Origin: a bacterium
GTDB lineage: Bacteria; SZUA-182; DTGQ01
DNA length: 17,058 nucleotides
Reading direction: 5' to 3'
NCBI GenBank assembly: GCA_040752695.1
Contig: JBFMGO010000122.1
Location: 1 to 17,058, forward strand
Translations under genes and position numbers: made by a program
Notes under the pieces: model-generated
What the model saw: the letters and a program-made list of their open reading frames with translations, nothing else
Told to the model about the DNA's origin: nothing
Database searches by the model: none
Shown here: positions 16,150 to 17,058 of the stretch, one piece after another
Layout: each line of letters starts with the position of its first letter
Position numbering within the stretch: the stretch's first letter is position 1

Positions 16150-16541
16150 TAAGATAGCCAAGTGGAATCAAGCATCAGTGCAAGTTCCCACTTGAAAGTC
16201 TCGCCAGTATTAGTAACTTCCAGATTAATGACCGATATTTCATATATATAACTTTATAGGTGTATAAATAATTATCTAATGAACATTAATTACCAGGATC
16301 TACATCCTGATCCTTACAGGAAAGAGGAATTCCACGTATTACAATTCCATGTATTATAGGTGAGAGAGGAATTCCACCAGGATGATGATGATTGATGGTG
16401 ATGAGAGGAGTAAGAAAGAGACAAAAAGATCAGTACAGTTGACAGCTTCCTGTGCCTCTTGATCACTCAGATGCATTTTTTATTAAGTGCTTGAAATGCA
16501 GATAGTTTCGCAATGACAAAAAGTGCAAAAGTATAGGTTTC

Positions 16542-16615
16542 ATCACACCTTAATGTTTTAATCACACCTTTTGTTTTAATCACACCTTCTCTTTTAAGAT
16601 TAAATTTGTTATAAT
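16542..16615 (+). promoter_or_regulatory. Three ATCACACCTT direct repeats followed by an extended -10 element
   Basis: ATCACACCTT at 16542, 16561 and 16579; TGTTATAAT at 16607-16615, about 100 bp before the comM ATG. Confidence 0.55.
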
Positions 16616-16711
16616 GATTTATTCGAGAATAAAAAGCTAAAAGATTAAATCTTCAGAGGAAAAGCTAAACATTTTTTGCAGCGGTTTTTGCAACGGTTGG
16701 TTAGACAACGG

Positions 16712-16954
16712 ATGATTTCAAAAATAATCAGTGGTGCCATCCTGGGCATAAATGCATTTACGGTTCAGGTGGAAGTAGACTTAGCCAGAGGGCTTCCCAT
16801 TCTTACTACCGTAGGACTGCCCGATGCTGCGGTCAAGGAAAGTAAAGAGCGGGTCAAATCCGCCCTCAGCAATTCCGGGCTTGCCTTCCCGTCCCAAAGA
16901 ATGACGATTAATCTTGCACCGGCCGATATCACCGACATTCCGCACCCCCCATAA
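16712..16954 (+). pseudogene. comM: 5' fragment of ComM/YifB (Mg-chelatase-like AAA+ ATPase), interrupted after codon ~73
   Basis: MISKIISGAILGINAFTVQVEVDLARGLP...VGLPDAAVKESKERVKSAL...RMTINLAPADI is the ComM N-terminus. The expected xKEG continuation is replaced by TDIPHPP-stop and AT-rich DNA, whereas the full protein is ~500 aa. Confidence 0.88.
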
Positions 16955-17058
16955 TAAGATTGGGGATTTATGTATAATAATTTTGATAGCCTAACAGGTT
17001 GATAATTTGCCAGTGTCTATCCTGAAGGTTTAAAACTCCCAGGCATTTCCCATCCATA

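Overview
Bacterial chromosomal window. Left: housekeeping-type genes (3' part of dnaN, surE, coiled-coil+NYN/LabA protein, lone GspL/PilM-like gene, phosphomannomutase/phosphoglucomutase). Middle (~7.0-12.4 kb): an accessory block with a doubly frameshifted 'KPxxYLYP...EWGG' gene, three predicted secreted Tyr/Trp/Pro/Gly-rich proteins whose mature chains all appear to start with Gln, a consensus sigma54 promoter followed by a hairpin-rich ~270-nt leader or sRNA candidate, and REP-like palindromes. Right: macro-domain (YmdB-like) gene, convergent Ppx/GppA gene, ArnT/PMT-like glycosyltransferase, and a comM/yifB 5' fragment that breaks off after NLAPADI, probably at the left junction of an inserted element. 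Short tandem duplications are common, and three of them copy gene 3' ends. No rRNA, tRNA, CRISPR array, integrase or transposase was seen. All calls come from reading the sequence by eye; no searches were run.
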